Below are positions 38,332-59,868 of a stretch of 64,000 nt of DNA, piece by piece. The translations under genes and the position numbers were made by a program. The stretch lies in the NCBI RefSeq assembly GCF_009914755.1, contig NC_060931.1; one strand, 5' to 3'. Below the pieces are notes generated by a model. That model did no database searches. It saw only the letters and a program-made list of their open reading frames with translations, and had not been told where the DNA came from. The stretch's first letter is position 1. Every line of letters starts with the position of its first letter. The stretch comes from the human T2T-CHM13v2.0 reference genome, Homo sapiens.

Positions 38332-40955
38332 ACACAACCAATTTAGAAGACACTTTGACAGTTAAATTTTCTTTTTTCATTTCTTAATATTTTTACTTCT
38401 TTTTCACATCTCAGCAGCAGCAGAGAAGGTTTTTTAAAAAAGAAAACTAAACATACTCTTAGCATATGATCCAAGAAAAATGTTTTTTGATATCTACCCC
38501 AAGGAGTTGAAATCTTTTGTCCACACAAAAACTTGCACATGAATATCTATAGAGAAGCTTTATTCACAACTGCCAAAATCTGGAAGCAACCAAGATGTCT
38601 TTCAGTAGGTAAATGGATAAACTGTGGCAAAAGCAGCTTCCTGAAAAGGAAAAGTCGAATTCTGAAAAAGAGAAGGAAAACAGGCAGCCCATGTGGCCTG
38701 GGGCCAAAAATGGGGAATGAATCCCCCATATGGAAGAGTGTAAGTGAGTGTCCTTCTGGGGTCCACTTTCCCTGGGAAACTGTACAATCCAGGCCATTGG
38801 AGAGCACCTTGACTCTCCTAATCTCAGAATCACATTTAAGGAGCAGCCAGGAAACCATGAGAAGAAACTGCTCCAGGGTGTGTCCTATGTGCTCTCTCAG
38901 ACCCAGGCAGCTACAGTAAGATGCCATTCTTGATCTTAGCTGCTCAACAATGTGTGGAAATTAGCAGCACCAACCACTGGAGTTAGGGGGACTTGGGCTG
39001 GGGTTTGCAGAAAAGAGGCTTGAGTAGGGGAAGAACTCCTGCAGCCAGAACTGAGAAATGAGCATGACCTGGGATCCAGCCCAACTGGCACAGGAACCAG
39101 GCTGTCTCCTAAGACCTCAGCAGGAGGAGAGTTGCCTCAGAGGCCAGGATGGGGGCTGGGTGGCATCTCCCACGGCCCTAAGCTGAGTGGCAGACTGGAT
39201 GCAAACTTCTAGGACTGACTAGATACCTGGGTTCGCTGCCACAGTCGGAACAAGGGAGGGAGCACTCCACGAGAACAAGGATAGGAGAGGGACACAAGTT
39301 CCATGTCTGCTGGCCACAACTGTGGCTGCTTGGGCTGTCAATGTCAATCCTTCCCTAGGCTGAGACCCTGGCATAGTGGTGGCCACCCCTCACCCAAGCA
39401 TTTTCCCAGGGGCTTGGGGGCTGCCTCACTACCCTTGTTGGGACTTTTGCATACAATCACCATGGGGGACCTGAGTACAATTGCCCAGTCCAGCTCTGCC
39501 TGGGCCCTTCCCCATGCCTCTCCAAGGTGGAGCATGGCATCCGGGCTCATGAGTTTTCCATTACCCAATCTGCCACCTGAGACACCCAAGTACTTCTCCC
39601 ATGGAAAAGAGGCTGGGCACAAATCCTGTTGTACCCACTGTAGCTGGCTCTAACCTGTAAACATCGCCTACTGACCTAGAGGTCAACATGCAAAGCCCAC
39701 TGCAACAACTTCTAACACAAGGGCAAAGTGCTTGGAAACTAGAAGATCATTGCACAACCACTGCTACCACCATGACCCATGCCACCCTGGGTTACAAGGG
39801 GGCTGAGGGCCCACTTACCCATTCAGCATACACAACTACAACCAGCATCCAGGAAAGCTACACAGAGGCCCAAGAAATAGCCTGGAACTGCCAACACAGG
39901 CGCCAGAATACACTGTCCCATGGCACAAGAACAGACATGCTTAGCCCACCACTGCTACCAATGAAACCTGAAAAGGGATCCATCAGGCATTCCAGTCCCC
40001 AGTACAACTTCACAATAGCTGCCACCAATAACCGCCCCATAACACCAACAAACCCACAGCTACCACAAAGGCTATTTATAGCCAAAGAAATCATGCAGCG
40101 TTTTTATCACTGCACATCCTGAAACAAAGCCAAACAGCCCTACCTGCCCAAACACATCATGGTCACATAGTCAAGAAAAAAAGTCCCCTCCCAATGAAAG
40201 TAAATTTAAAAATAAGCAGCAACTATTGCTCCGGATGCACAGAAATCAATGTAAAGATACAAAAGGCCTGAAAAAGCCAAGGCAATATGACACCCTCAAA
40301 GGAAAACAATAATTCTCCAGCAATAGATCCTAACTGAAAAAAAAAAACCCTCAAAATGCCAGATTAAAGCTCAAAATACTAATTTCAAACAAGCTCAATG
40401 AGATGTAAGAGAAATCTGAAAACCAGTACAAAGATCAGAAATCAATATAGGATGTGAATAAGAAGTTTACTAAGGAAATAGTTGTCTTTAAAAAAAAAAA
40501 AAAACCAGAAATTCTGAAACAAAAAAATTAATATAAGGAAGTATAAAATATAATCAAAAGCCTCAACAATAGACCAATAGAAGAAAGAATCTCAGAACGT
40601 GAAAGACAGGTCTTTTGAAATAATCCAGGCAGACAAAAATAAAGAAAAAGGAACAAAAAAGAATGAAGCCTTGGAGATGTTTGAGACTACATAAAAACCT
40701 AACGTACAAATTCCTGAGGGGGAAGAAAGATCAAAAAGTTTAGAAAACATATCTAATAAAATAAATGGTGAAAAGATCCCAAGTATAGCAAGAGATTTAG
40801 ACATCCAAATACAGGAGGTCCAGTGGTCCATGAAAAATACACTGCACAAAGGACTTCACCACAGCATATTATAATCAGATTGTCGAAAGTCAAAGTGAAA
40901 GAATTCTAAAATCAGTAAGAAAAGAGCAATGGCAGACTTTTCAGCAGAAATCTTA

Positions 40956-41443
<488 letters not shown>

Positions 41444-43847
41444 CTACATGTGGAAACAAAAGGAAGATATTCACCGTCATGAAAACACATGAAAGTATAA
41501 AACTCACAAGTAAAACAATCACACAAAGGAGAAAGAGAAGGGAATCCAATGGCAATACTACAGAATTCCACCAAACCACAAAGAGAAATAGAGAAAAAGA
41601 TAACAAAGAACTTACAAAACTAGAAAACAATGAAAAAATATGACAGGAACAAAACCTCACATATCAATATTAACCTTGAATATAAATGGATTAAATTCTC
41701 CTCTTAAAAGATACAGATTGGTGGAATGGATAGAGAAAAACATGATCCAACCATACACTGCTCACAAGAAATCCACCTTACCTATGAAGACACAGCCTCA
41801 AAGTAAAGATATTCCACACAAACAAAAAAACAAACAAGACCAGGAGTAGTTATACTGACACCAGATAAAACAGACTTTAAATCAAAAACAGTTAAAAAAA
41901 AAAAAAGACAACAAAGGTCATTATATAATGATAAAGGGATATTCAGCAAGAGGATATAACAATACATCCAAATATACATGCAGCCAACAGCACCCAGATT
42001 CATAAAACAAATATTACTACAGCTAAAGAAAGAGGCAGACAGCAATGAAATAATGGTGGTGGACTTCAACACCCTATTCATAGCTTATCGAGAAAAAAAA
42101 TCAGCAAAGAAACACTGTACTTGGTGCAACGGACCTAAAACACATTTACAGAATATTCTGCTCAACTGCAGAATTTATGTTCTACTCATCAGCACATAAA
42201 ACGTTCTCCAAGATAAACCATATGTTAAAACACAAAACAAGTCTCAACAAATTTTTAAAAATCAAAAATTTTCATGCATCAATATCACGAAATCAATACC
42301 AAGAAGAATTTCAGAAAACATACAAGTACACAGAAATTAACAACATGCCTCTGAATGACCATTGGGTCAAAGAATAAATTAAGTCAGAAATTAAAAAAAA
42401 AATTTTTGAAACAAATGAAAATGGAAACACAACATACTGAAACTTGCGAGATACAGCAAAAACAGTGCTAGGAGGGAAGTTTATGACATCAAGTGACTAC
42501 ATGAAAGATACTGAAAGATACAAATTAACAACCTAATGTCATACCTCAAGGAACTACAAAAGTAACAAACCAAATCCAAAATCAGTAGAAGAAAAGAAAT
42601 AACAAAGATCAGAGCAGAACCAAAAAAAAAACAATAAAATAAAAACCAAAAAACAGTACAAAGGATCAGGAAAATGAAAAGTTGGTTCTTCGAGAAAATA
42701 AATAAAACTGATAAACCAATTGCTAGAGTAACAAGGGAAAAAAAAGAGACAACACAAAGAAAATCAGAAATGAAAAAGTAAACATTACAACCGATACCAC
42801 AGAAATACAAAAGATCATCAGAGAATATTATAAACAACTATACATTCACAAAATAGAAAACCTAGAGGAAATGGATAAATTACTGGCTAGAAACATACAA
42901 CCTCTCAAGATTGAACCAGGAAGAAATAAAAAACCCGAGCAGGCCAATGATGAGTAGCAAGATTGAATCCATTAAAAAAATCTCTCAACAAAGAAAAGCC
43001 CAGGACCAGATGGATTCACAGCTGAATTCTACCAAATGTACAAAGAAGAACTAATACCAATCCTCCTGAAACTGTTCCCAAAAACTGAGGCGGAGGGAAT
43101 TCTTCCTAAGTCATTCTATGAGGCCCAAATCACTCTGATACCCAAACAGACAAGTACACTACAGACCAATATCCCTGATAAACACAGATGCAAAAACTCT
43201 CAATGAAATATTAGCAAACTGAATCCAACAGCACATCAAAAAGATAATACACCATGATCAGGCAGGTTTTATACCAGGAGTGTAAGGATGGTTCAACATA
43301 TACAGTCAGTAAATGTGATATATCACACTAACAGAATTAAGGGCAAAAACCACATGATCATCTCCAAAGATGCAGAAAAAGCATGTGATAACTTCAGCAT
43401 CCCTTCATGACGAAAGCCCTCCACAGATTAAGCATGCAAAGAGCATACTTCAAAATAATAAAGATCATATACAACAGTACCACAGCCAAAAATCATAAGA
43501 ACTGGAAAAAGACAAGGATGTCAATTTTCACCACTCCTATTCAACAGAGTACTGACAGTTCTAGCCAGAACAATCAGGCAAGAGAAAGAAACAAAAGGCA
43601 CCCAAATTGGTAAAGAGGAGGTTAAGTTATCCCTGTTCGTTCATGATATGATCTTATCTCTAGAAAAACCTAATGGATCCCCCCACAAAAAAGCTCTTGG
43701 ATTTGATAAATTCAGTAAAGTTTCAGAATACAAAATCAATGTACAAAAACCAGTTGCATTTCTATATAAAAAAAAAAAAAAAACTACTATCTAGCTGAGA
43801 AGGAAATCAAGAAGGCAATCCCATTTACAATAGCCAGAAAAAAAAAA

Positions 43848-46695
<2,848 letters not shown>

Positions 46696-46781
46696 AAAAT
46701 AAAGAAATATCTAGGAGAATATTTAGCCAAGGAGGTGAAAGATATCTTTAAGAAAAAAATAAATAAATAAAATAAACTACA

Positions 46782-47072
46782 GGCTGGATACAGTGGCTCA
46801 CGCCTGTAATCTCAGCAATTTGGGAGGCCAAGGTGGGCAGATCACAAGGTCAGGAGATCGAGACCATCCTAGCTAACATGGTGAAACCCTATCTCTACTA
46901 AAAATACAAAAAATTAGCTGTGTGTGGTGGCGCACACCTGTGGTCCCAGCTACTTGGGAGGCTGAGGCAGGAGAATCGCTTGAACCTGGGAGATGGAGGT
47001 TTGCAGTGAGCCAAGATTACGCCACTGCACTCCAGCCTGGGCGACAGAGCGAGACTCTGTCTCAAACAAACA
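46782..47072 (+). mobile_element. AluS (Sc-like) with TSD AAACTACA
   Basis: GATCACAAGGTCAGGAGATCGAGACCATCCT; flanking direct repeat. Confidence 0.93.
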
Positions 47073-48783
47073 AACTACAAAAAACACTAATGAAAGAAAT
47101 TGTGGATAACACAAACAAATGGAAAAACATCCCATGCTCATGAATCAGAAGTATTAATATTGTTAAAATGACCACACTACTGCAAACAATCTATAGATTC
47201 AATGCAATCCCTACCAAAATACCAATGTTATTTTTCACGTAATTAAAAAAACTACCCTAAAATGTATACGGAACCAAAAAAGAGCATGAATAGCCAAAGC
47301 AATCCTAAGGAAAAAGAACAAAACTGGAGGCATCAACTTACCTAACTTCAAATTATACAACAAGGATACAGTAACCATAAGAGTATGGTACTAGTATAAA
47401 AACAGACACAGATCAATGGAACAGAATGGAGAACCCAAAAATAAAGCCACGTATTTACAGCCAGCTGATCTTTGACAAAACTGACAAAAACATACAATGA
47501 AAAAAGGATACCCTTTTCAATAAAAGGTGCTGGTAAAATTGGATTGCCATATGCAGATAAAAGAAACTGGACCCCTATCTCTCGCCATATATAAAAATCA
47601 ACTCAAGATGGATTAAAGACTGAAATGTAAGACCTGAAATTATAAAAATACTAGAAGAAAACCTAGGAAAACTCTTCTGGACATTGGTCTAGGAAAAGAA
47701 TTCATGACTTAAGACCTCGAAAGCACAGACGACTAAAGCAAAAATAAACAAATGGAACTTAATTAAACTAAAAAGCTTCTGCACAGCAAAATATCAACAG
47801 AGTGAACAGATAACCTGCAGAATGGGAGAAAAAGTTTGCAAATGATGCATCCAACAGCAGACTGATATCCAGAATTTACAAGGAATGCAAACAACTCAAC
47901 AACAATAACAAAAATGACTTCATTAAAAAGTGAGCAAAGGACACACTTCAAAAAGTGGGCAAAAGACAGACTTCAAAAGAGGTCATACAAATGGCCAACT
48001 AGCATATGAAAAAATGCTCCACATCACTAATCAGAGAAATGCAAATTAAGAACACAATGTGATATTATCTTACATCAGTCAGAATGGCTACTATTAAAAA
48101 GTTAAAAAAAACAACAAATGTTGGAGAGGATGCAGAAAAAAGGGAACACTTCTATACGGTTGGTGGGAATGTAAATTATTACAACCTCTATGGAAAAACA
48201 GTATGGAGATTTCTCAAAGAACTGAAAATAGAACTACCATCTGATCCAGCAATCCCAGTACTGGGTATCTACCCAAAGGAAAAGAAATCATTATATCAAA
48301 AAGATGCCTGCACTCATATGTTTATAGCAGCACTGATCACAATAGCAAAGATATGGAATCAACCTAAGCGCCAATCAATGGACAACTGGATAAAGAAAAT
48401 GTGGTATAGAAACACAATGGAATACAATTCAGCCAGAGCAAAGAATGAAATCATGTATTTCACAACAACATGGGTGGAATCATCATCTTAAGTGAAACAA
48501 GTCAGATACAGAAAGACAAATGCTGTATGTTCTCAATTATAGATGGGAGCCAAATAATGCATTCACATGGATGTAGGGTGCAGAATGATAGAAAATGAAG
48601 ACTGAAAAAGGCAACAGGGCAGGGGGGAGGCTGGACGATGAGAAATTATTTAATGGGCATAGTGTACATTATTCAAGTGACAGACACCCTACAAGCCCTG
48701 ACTACACCATTACACAATCTATGCATGCAACAAAATTGCACTTGTACCCCTGTAAATTTATACAAAAATAAATTAAACTGTGG

Positions 48784-49550
48784 TATATCCAGACAATGGA
48801 ATCTTATTCCACGTTAAAAAGATATGAGCTATCAAGCCATGAAAAGATATGGAGGAACCCTAAATATACGTTAAATGAAAGAAACCTATCTGAAAAGGTT
48901 ATATACTGTGTGATTCCAACTATATGACATTCTGGGAAAGGTGAAACTACTGAGACAGTAAGAAGATTAGTGGCTGCCGGGGGTGAGAGAGAGAGAGAGG
49001 GATAAATAGACAGGGCACGGAGGATTTTTAGGGCAGTGAAACTACTCTGCATGATGCCATAACAGTGGATATGGGACATTATACATTTGCCCAAACCCAT
49101 AGAATGTACAACACCAGGAATGAACCCTAACGTAAACTCTGGACTCTGGGTGATAATGTGTCAGTGCAGGTTCATCAACTGTAACCAATGTGCCACTCTG
49201 GTGGGAGATGTTGGCAGTGGGGAAGGCTCTGCATGTGGGGGACAGGAGGTACGTGTGCTATCTCTGCACTTTTCCCTCAATTTAGCTATGAACCTAAAAC
49301 TGCTCTAAAAAATCTGTCTGGAAAAAAAAAACAAAAGGCAAATGAGTGGCTGCCTGGAGCTGATGGTGGATAGGGGAACACGAGCGGAGTCTGAGGGGAG
49401 AAATGTTTGGGGGTGATGAATATGTTCACTATCTTGATGGCAGTGGTGGTCCTACAGGTGTTTGTATAAGTCAAAACTTATAAAATTGTCACTTTAAACA
49501 TGTGCAGTTTATTGTATGTCAATTATACCTCAATAAAGCTGTTAAAATGC
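48784..49550 (+). mobile_element. L1MC/ME 3' UTR fragments
   Basis: CCAAACCCATAGAATGTACAACACCAGGAATGAACCCTAA; TATGTCAATTATACCTCAATAAAGCTG. Confidence 0.8.
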
Positions 49551-50692
49551 ATTTATTAGACTTCAGACTATATACCCAATATCATGCATTAATATATTAA
49601 TGTATGGCTGTACCAATTACATTTATTTAGAAACTCTATATTTTCTGTATTTGTTTTTGTGTTATAAGTTAAATTTTTAAAGAATTTTTGAGTCCCTACC
49701 ATATTCCTACATTGTACTGTGCATGTACTACAGAAGCTACAAAGTAAGTATGTAAGACATTTATTCCCTTCACGGTATTGATAGCCTTCCTAGGAAGACA
49801 AGACTTTTTAAACAATGCAATATTTCCAGTATGGCCAAATGTCTATATACAAACAGTTAAGTGAACTGGGAAGTGAGAGTGTGTAAACCTCCCACCGCAT
49901 ATGTGTGCTAAATGTTGTGTGGCAGGCCATCCCTTTCTTCAAGGAGCGTACAGCTTTATGGAGGAAAAGAAAAGCCATTGGATAGAATGTGATAAGTGAC
50001 CTGGTAGATAAACGGAAAACTGCACCAAGTGTTATATGAGAGTGCACGGGAGATACCTCATGGCAAATTTGATTTGTGGAGTTCATGGCTGAGCTGAGTC
50101 TTGAATGACATGTTAGGTTTTGCCGGAGAACGGCTGGTGAAGAAAATTACTCGCAGTAAACAAAGCAATGTGTTCAAAGGCATAGAAGGCATAGCAGATG
50201 TACTTTGTTTCTAACACACCTGAAGATTATGTCTTTATTACTAATGGCTCAGAATGTGAGGTTTGGAATGGCACGAGACACAGACGGGGTCAGGTATAGA
50301 TCGTATGTGTTACCTTAAGGAAACTGTACAGTATTTGAATGGCAAACGTCTTTGCAGCATTTGGAGCAGGGAAATGACAAGATCACACTTCCACTGTGCA
50401 TGTGTGTGTGTGGTGGGGATTGAACTAGCCCTTAAATAACAAGTAGACTCTGAATGGAAAGAAGGGACAAAGGAGGTGCCCCAGGTTAGGACTCTATACA
50501 CCAGAAAGGCGACTTTCAAAAGTCCTTCCACCTGCCTCCCCTTATCAAGTGCCTGGCACTAAGAAGGCAAATGCAAACACATAAAGACTGACTTACTAAA
50601 AACAATTAGGCCCTGGCATTAGACTGCCACGCCAAGGAAACGGAGAAGAGGACAAATATTTACTGAGTATCTACTGAGTAAAAGACTTATAA

Positions 50693-51620
<928 letters not shown>

Positions 51621-52588
51621 AATGGTCTTTTAAAATATTAATAGCAAACCAAAATATTTGGTCAGAAAAGCTTAGAATATGGAAATAAAGACCACCAGGG
51701 CAAAAGCAAGACAAATGGAGTATCTTAGTTCATCTATTCTAGAACACAATATACACTCAACATGGTGGCACCCACTGACATCAAAATACTTATTAACATC
51801 AAAAATACTTATTAACTAGATGCTGTGAAAAATAAAAAGATGCAGAAAACAAGTCTTGTCCTTTAAGGAACATAAAGTTTCATGAGAAAGTCAATACAGA
51901 CAGGTACGTATAATACAAGGTTGAAAGTGCAAGACTCTGAGACACCTTCACGTGTGATGCAGGATTTGACTCTGCCTCAGAGAATAAAAAAGATTTGGAT
52001 AGATAGAGAAAGGTGAATGGGAGAAGACTGTGGGAACAATGGGAACCAAAGCTTAGAGATGGAAAACTGTATTTGCAAATATCGAATCAATTTTAGTCAT
52101 GAGGATTTACGTGCAACAATTTCATTTTGTTCTAATCTGGAGGCAAATTAAATTTAGTCGTCCAGAACTAGAGTATGTGAACTTGAAGACAGACTAAAAT
52201 CCAATGAAAGAGAATTATAATTAGAGTCCAGGAAAGAACCTTATGTGCTAATTTTCAAAGAAGTGCACGCCTAAGCCCTCCAGCATGGATGGTAACTGGC
52301 TGCGATCTTCCTGAGGAAAGTTCTCCAGAGACAGGTCTCCATGGTATGGCTCAGTCAAACTTTCTCACTTGGAAAATTAAATATGTCCTTATTTCTTTTG
52401 GTTTGGTTTGATGTCTTCTTTCTCTATCCTTCTCAAATAAAAGGACATCCGCTTAGAATCTACTTCACAAACACTACTCTCACAATAAAATACTAAAATC
52501 ATATACTCAGCTCTCTGCTTTTTATGCTATACAAGTCTGACTCTTCTCACTTTTAAAAAGGAAAATGAGAAGCAAGAGGTAGATGTGA

Positions 52589-52900
52589 GGCCAGGTGCGG
52601 TGGTTCACATCTGTAATCCCAACGCTTTGGGAGGCCTAGAGGGAGGATCACTTGAGCCCAGGAGTTCAAGGAGTTCAATTTTCCAAGTGAGAAAGCCCAG
52701 GTAGTAGAGTGAGACCCCATCTCTACAAAAAATTAAAAAGTTTAGCTGGGTGTGGTGGTGGGCAGCTGTTTTCCCAGCTACTCGGGAGGCTGGGGTGGGA
52801 GGATCACTTGAGCCCAGAAGGTGGAGGCTGCAGTGAGCTGTGAATGATTGTGCCAATGCACTCCAGCCTGGACAACAGAGCTAAATCTTGTTTCAGAAAA
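52589..52900 (+). mobile_element. AluJ with 16-bp TSD AAGAGGTAGATGTGAG
   Basis: TSD at 52574-52589 and 52901-52916. Confidence 0.93.
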
Positions 52901-52984
52901 AAGAGGTAGATGTGAGAAATATTACCAAGATGAAAGCAAGTACTGCCATGAGGTACTGGCACAGAAGGTGGAAGCATTTACCAT

Positions 52985-53270
52985 ACGTCTCAAGTTTCTG
53001 GTTTGACCACTTGGATAGAAAGTGTCCCAGAGACTGAAGGGAAATACAGGAGAGAGAGAAATGACAGGTTCTGTTTTAGAAATGACCAGTGTGAGGTGGC
53101 AGGAGGACACCCGTAAGTAGCACAGAGCTAGATTTCTCTGTTTTAGCTTAGGGTGGGTGGTGGTTTGGAGGTCTCGATTTGGGGGCAAGTGAATGGGTGG
53201 TAGTTGAAGAGCAGTAAAAGACACAGCTAAGGAATGGCCAGAGAAGCAGAGGGAAAAAGAGAGGAACAGT
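52985..53270 (-). mobile_element. L2 fragment
   Basis: AAGTTTCTGGTTTGACCACTTGG...GTTCTGTTTTAGAAATGACCAGTGTGAGGTG. Confidence 0.6.
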
Positions 53271-53869
53271 GACCAGAAATGAAGACAGACAAGATGTGGG
53301 GGGTGAAATTACAAACAGTAAACACCACAGAGAAATTAAAAACAGAATCCATAGAATGAGGCAATTACAAGTCACTGGCAAACATTTAATTATCTCTTTC
53401 TGTAACTCTCTTTTGGTTTGAAATTAATGTTCAGGTGACTGAGATCTGATAAAGGAAATTATTTCAAAACATTTTCTTCTTTTAACTCTCTCTAGGCAGC
53501 ATAGGAAGTTAAGAGTCATCAGAAAGAAGGAGAATGCCAACAAAACAATTAGAAACAAAGTAATACTCAGGTGAGATTTTAAAATTTTCTACAAAGTACA
53601 CATATATACACACAAACACATGTATACATATGCACAGGAAAAGGTCTGAAAAGCTGTAAACCAAAGACATTTCTGGAAACTTGGAAGAGGAGACTGGAAT
53701 TAGAAGTGGCGGCCGGATCTCTAATTTTTAGTATTCTTTATCAGGACTATTTATTTATGCATTCACTTATATGATTAAAAACTAAAAACACAATTTCCTA
53801 CAAATGAAATAATTTGTTCATCTATCTCAGAAATGACTGTGCATATGTATTATTAAGAATACTCAGCCT

Positions 53870-54546
<677 letters not shown>

Positions 54547-54732
54547 TTAGACCCTTACGATCATTTGTCTAGTTTTAATTGTAACATTTTAACTGTAACG
54601 TTTTTCAAGTTACTTTTTTTTTTTTACATAAAAATCAATTTAATTGGATTAAAAACTGAAAGGTAAGACCTGAAACTGTAAAACTACTAGAAGAAAACAG
54701 GGAAAAACTTCTCAATGGTGGTTGGGCAATGA

Positions 54733-56054
<1,322 letters not shown>

Positions 56055-57889
56055 TAAAGGAAATTATTTTCCGCATGAAAATTATAATAAAGTAAATTTA
56101 AAGTAGCTGAATATCAACAGGTGACTAAATTTAGGTATGTGTGACCCACAGACATTTTCTCAGACAGGGCTGTTTGCCCTGAAAGAAGTGTAGTGTCAGG
56201 AAACACATTTCGTAGATATCAGGAATATGAGTTTTTATGGTGGTATCATGAGTTGCTCTCTTAACTGTTTTAGACATTTGGCACAAAACATTTTTAAGAA
56301 TTCTTTATTCTTAAAGATCTCAACTGTATATATAAGCTTATTGCTCAGATATAAGAACATTAGTAATCAACCAAAAGTTAATTACTATAAGTTAATAAAT
56401 AACTTTAATAAAGTTAAATAATAAAGTTAATAATAATAAGTCATATTATTCATTTATTATTTTCTATAATATATCTGAATATAATAAAATCATATATACT
56501 TTTTGGTGAGAAATTTTCAATATAGGGTTTGAAATTATTTTTATATCAATGTCATAATTAGGAATATATGACTTATACTTCCATTTCACATTTGTCATTG
56601 CTAAGCCTCTGTGAAAGCATTGTTTATTTCTGTTTCACAACAAGAGCTAGAGAAAGCCCAGGGTACAGATAAATAGGGATTACCAAAACCCCAAATAAAG
56701 ACCTCTCCAAAAAAGACCCGTTATAAAACAAGGTCCCTTCATCAAGAAGCAAAAAGGAATAATCTACTTTACCTCCTGTAAGATAATAGACTATATGGGA
56801 CCCAAATGAGAAATATGTGAAAATACTGAAAATAAATTCAAGCTGATTTGAAAGAGTAAGTGTTTTTGTTTTACTACCATAAGTACATTAAAAACAAATT
56901 GTATTTGGACACTAAATAACTTACAAATTATAGAAAGAGCTTCCAAGATGAAAAATAACTGTAAAAATAATTACAATATAGAAATTATTAAAAGCATTTC
57001 AAAGACTATCATTTGCATTTGAGAAAAATTTTCCTCTTTAAAGGAGAATTCAAATAAAGAATAACACAAAAAATCAATGTCTTAATTGTTTCATGATTAA
57101 GCATAATAAAGAACATATCAGCAATCACACAGAATCTATTCTTATAAAATTCACTGCAACATTCAAAATATTTTATTGCATAGAATTTTGGACATCTATA
57201 GATAATTAGTTTGATCTTGTTCTATTTTCACCTTGTTTGCAAACATCTCCTTTTATCACCCTGAGAGTCTATTAAACTACACAGTAAACTGTTTACTAAA
57301 AATACAGACATCAAATCTCCCCAAATTTTGGATTCTGAAAACTTAAATATAAACAGGCAGCAAAACAATGTTTTGAAAAATATATTCATTTACATAGCAT
57401 TACTTTTTCAGGGTTCTAATAAAAAATTTTAACTACAGATTCTTTGTTTCCTATGAAAAATAAAACCATCATTTATACTAATTCTACTTAACCAAGAATA
57501 CATGGTCAAAATTTTTCTCACAACTTAATTCTTTGTGGCAAGAAATATGCTTATAAAATTTACTTAGTGGTGATTTTTCAGTTAGTACAAAATTTTTCAT
57601 TCAAATATAACAAGCTATTTAAAAGGAATTATTTAATAAATATGTCATATCACACCATGTACTTAAATCTAAAGCCTGCGATGCATCAACAATAATAGTG
57701 GGCAAATGTTTAAAAAAGAAACATGTCCATTGAACACTTTCATTTTTGAAGCAAAAACATCACCAAATTATTTCTTTTATACTAGATTCGATGTATTTCA
57801 AGTTATAATCAAATTTATATTCTTCACTAAAAAAACTGTTGAAATAATAGAGAAATTACATATATAGAGATAAAATATGATTTTTCTTG

Positions 57890-58630
57890 TTACTGCATTT
57901 CTCATTCCATTGTAAGTGATGGGACGCTGCTGGCTGATTTCACAGGAGCAAAGGAGACCACACTAAGGTCAGGGTTTCCTTGAGAGAGGCGACAAGAAAG
58001 ACTGAAAAATGTCACAGCTTGGAATCTGATTGCTTAAATACATCCTCTATTCTAGTCTTATAAGCTTTTCAGCTGGTAAATCAAAATCCTGTTATACACT
58101 AGGATAATATTCATGACAATTCCCTATATTTTATCTTCTTAAAATCAAAGACTCAATTCTAAAGGGTTAATAGAGGAATTACAAAGTAACTCTCTAGTTT
58201 GCATTTCCCATAATGCTAAAATAAAGCTTTTTCTTTTAGTCTAGAAATTTGCTTTTTTAATACTGTGAAAAGCCTCTATGAATCTGTTTAACGTATTTAT
58301 TTCTTTTCATCTATTCAATGCCACTGGGCATAACATGTAATGCAGTGCGTGTTGATATTTTGCAAAGCACCACATGACTCACTGTACCCTAATGCACTCC
58401 ATTAATCCTGTTTGGACAGCTGGGTCCAGGCATTTGTTAGCTGCATTTTAATTGTTCCATCTTTCTTTTTTTTCTTTTTATTTATCTCTATGGCAAACTA
58501 CTCTGGAATTTAATTTGTTGGCCTTCAAAAAGTAAATTTTACCATTAGTTTGTTTTCTTTGTGTTAAAACTATACTCAGCATGTAATTTTCTTCCATAAA
58601 ATCGGTATATATTAATGATTAGCAATCAAT
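57890..58630. promoter_or_regulatory. Candidate SHH brain enhancer SBE5 in the penultimate LMBR1 intron
   Basis: Unique sequence with OTX TAATCC (58403), BARHL-type TAATTG (58449), TEAD-like CATTCCA (57903) and TGGAATTT (58504). SBE5 is described in the penultimate Lmbr1 intron. Confidence 0.5.
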
Positions 58631-59868
58631 CTTAAATAATAGTACAGTGAATGAGTTTCCTAAGTATTAAAATGATAGGTTGGCTGAAATATAACAGAAA
58701 TTATTTAATAGACTGTCATAATATAAATGATAACATTTAACATCAAATCAGGTTGCTAAAGAGCATACTTTTGGCATTTTCAAGATTCACATAAGCAGAT
58801 GTCAAAACAATTACAAGTCCTATAAAGCAAACACAAAAGAAATAAGACTATTACACACACCAGTTTTTTATTAGCTTATGGAACAGTGGTCCCTTTACAT
58901 TTATACTTTAATTTTGTTTTCTATTACAAACATGAAATCCTTTGTAAGAATTATGAAGATAACTACAAAGCTTCTACTTTCTTTGCACAGCCTGCATCCC
59001 TGGTATCTGTAAGTCTTCAATAAATAATGGAGGCAATATGAGAGCTAATGCAAAAGCAACTCAAAGTTACCAGCAATTTTTGTTATGAGCAAGTAGCTAA
59101 AATTTAATGATCAAAATTTTCCAATCATTCGTGTGCACTCTTAAGTCAAAACCTAAGTCTAGAGAATTAGATAGAAATGCTTAATGGAAACTTTTGTCTG
59201 AAATAATATTTAGTGAAGAACTCAGAATATGGTCTACAATAGCATTTTATAAAAGACAACTAAGGGAAGACTTACTCAACTATTTCAATGACAAAGCAAA
59301 AATCTGTTTTTCTTTTAAAAGATTATCAAATTCTCCGTAAACTGAAACAATAAGAAAATGACAGAAATGAATGACAGGCAAGTAGGAACTCTCAAGGGTG
59401 TCCTTTGAATCAGAGTGTGTTCTCAGAGATTACACTGCGTTCACCTCTATTTTGTGGACACAAAGCAGCTTAAAATAATTTACAAATTTTCAATTTTTTA
59501 AACCATACTAAATTATAAATGCTCAAAAGCTTTTAAATAGAAAAATTAGTTTAATGCAGTTTCCTCACTAGAGGACTCGAAAGCCTAACTTATAGATGTG
59601 TCAGTAAAAACAAAACACAACAAAAACCAGCCCGTTGTTTGGAGAAAGAATGCTTTTAAGTGTTTAAAAAATAAGTAGTCATTATTTGATAAAAGTATTT
59701 GTCTTGGTATGCCCCTATACATAAAGTATAGAAGTAAAAGTGTAAAATAATGTAGGAAGAAACACTGTATTTCAAAGGTAATCTTTATGAGTAAATGTTA
59801 AATAAGTTCAGTAAAGACAGTTTTTAAAAACATGGATCTTTAAGTGAAAATTTCTCACTGAAACTTAC

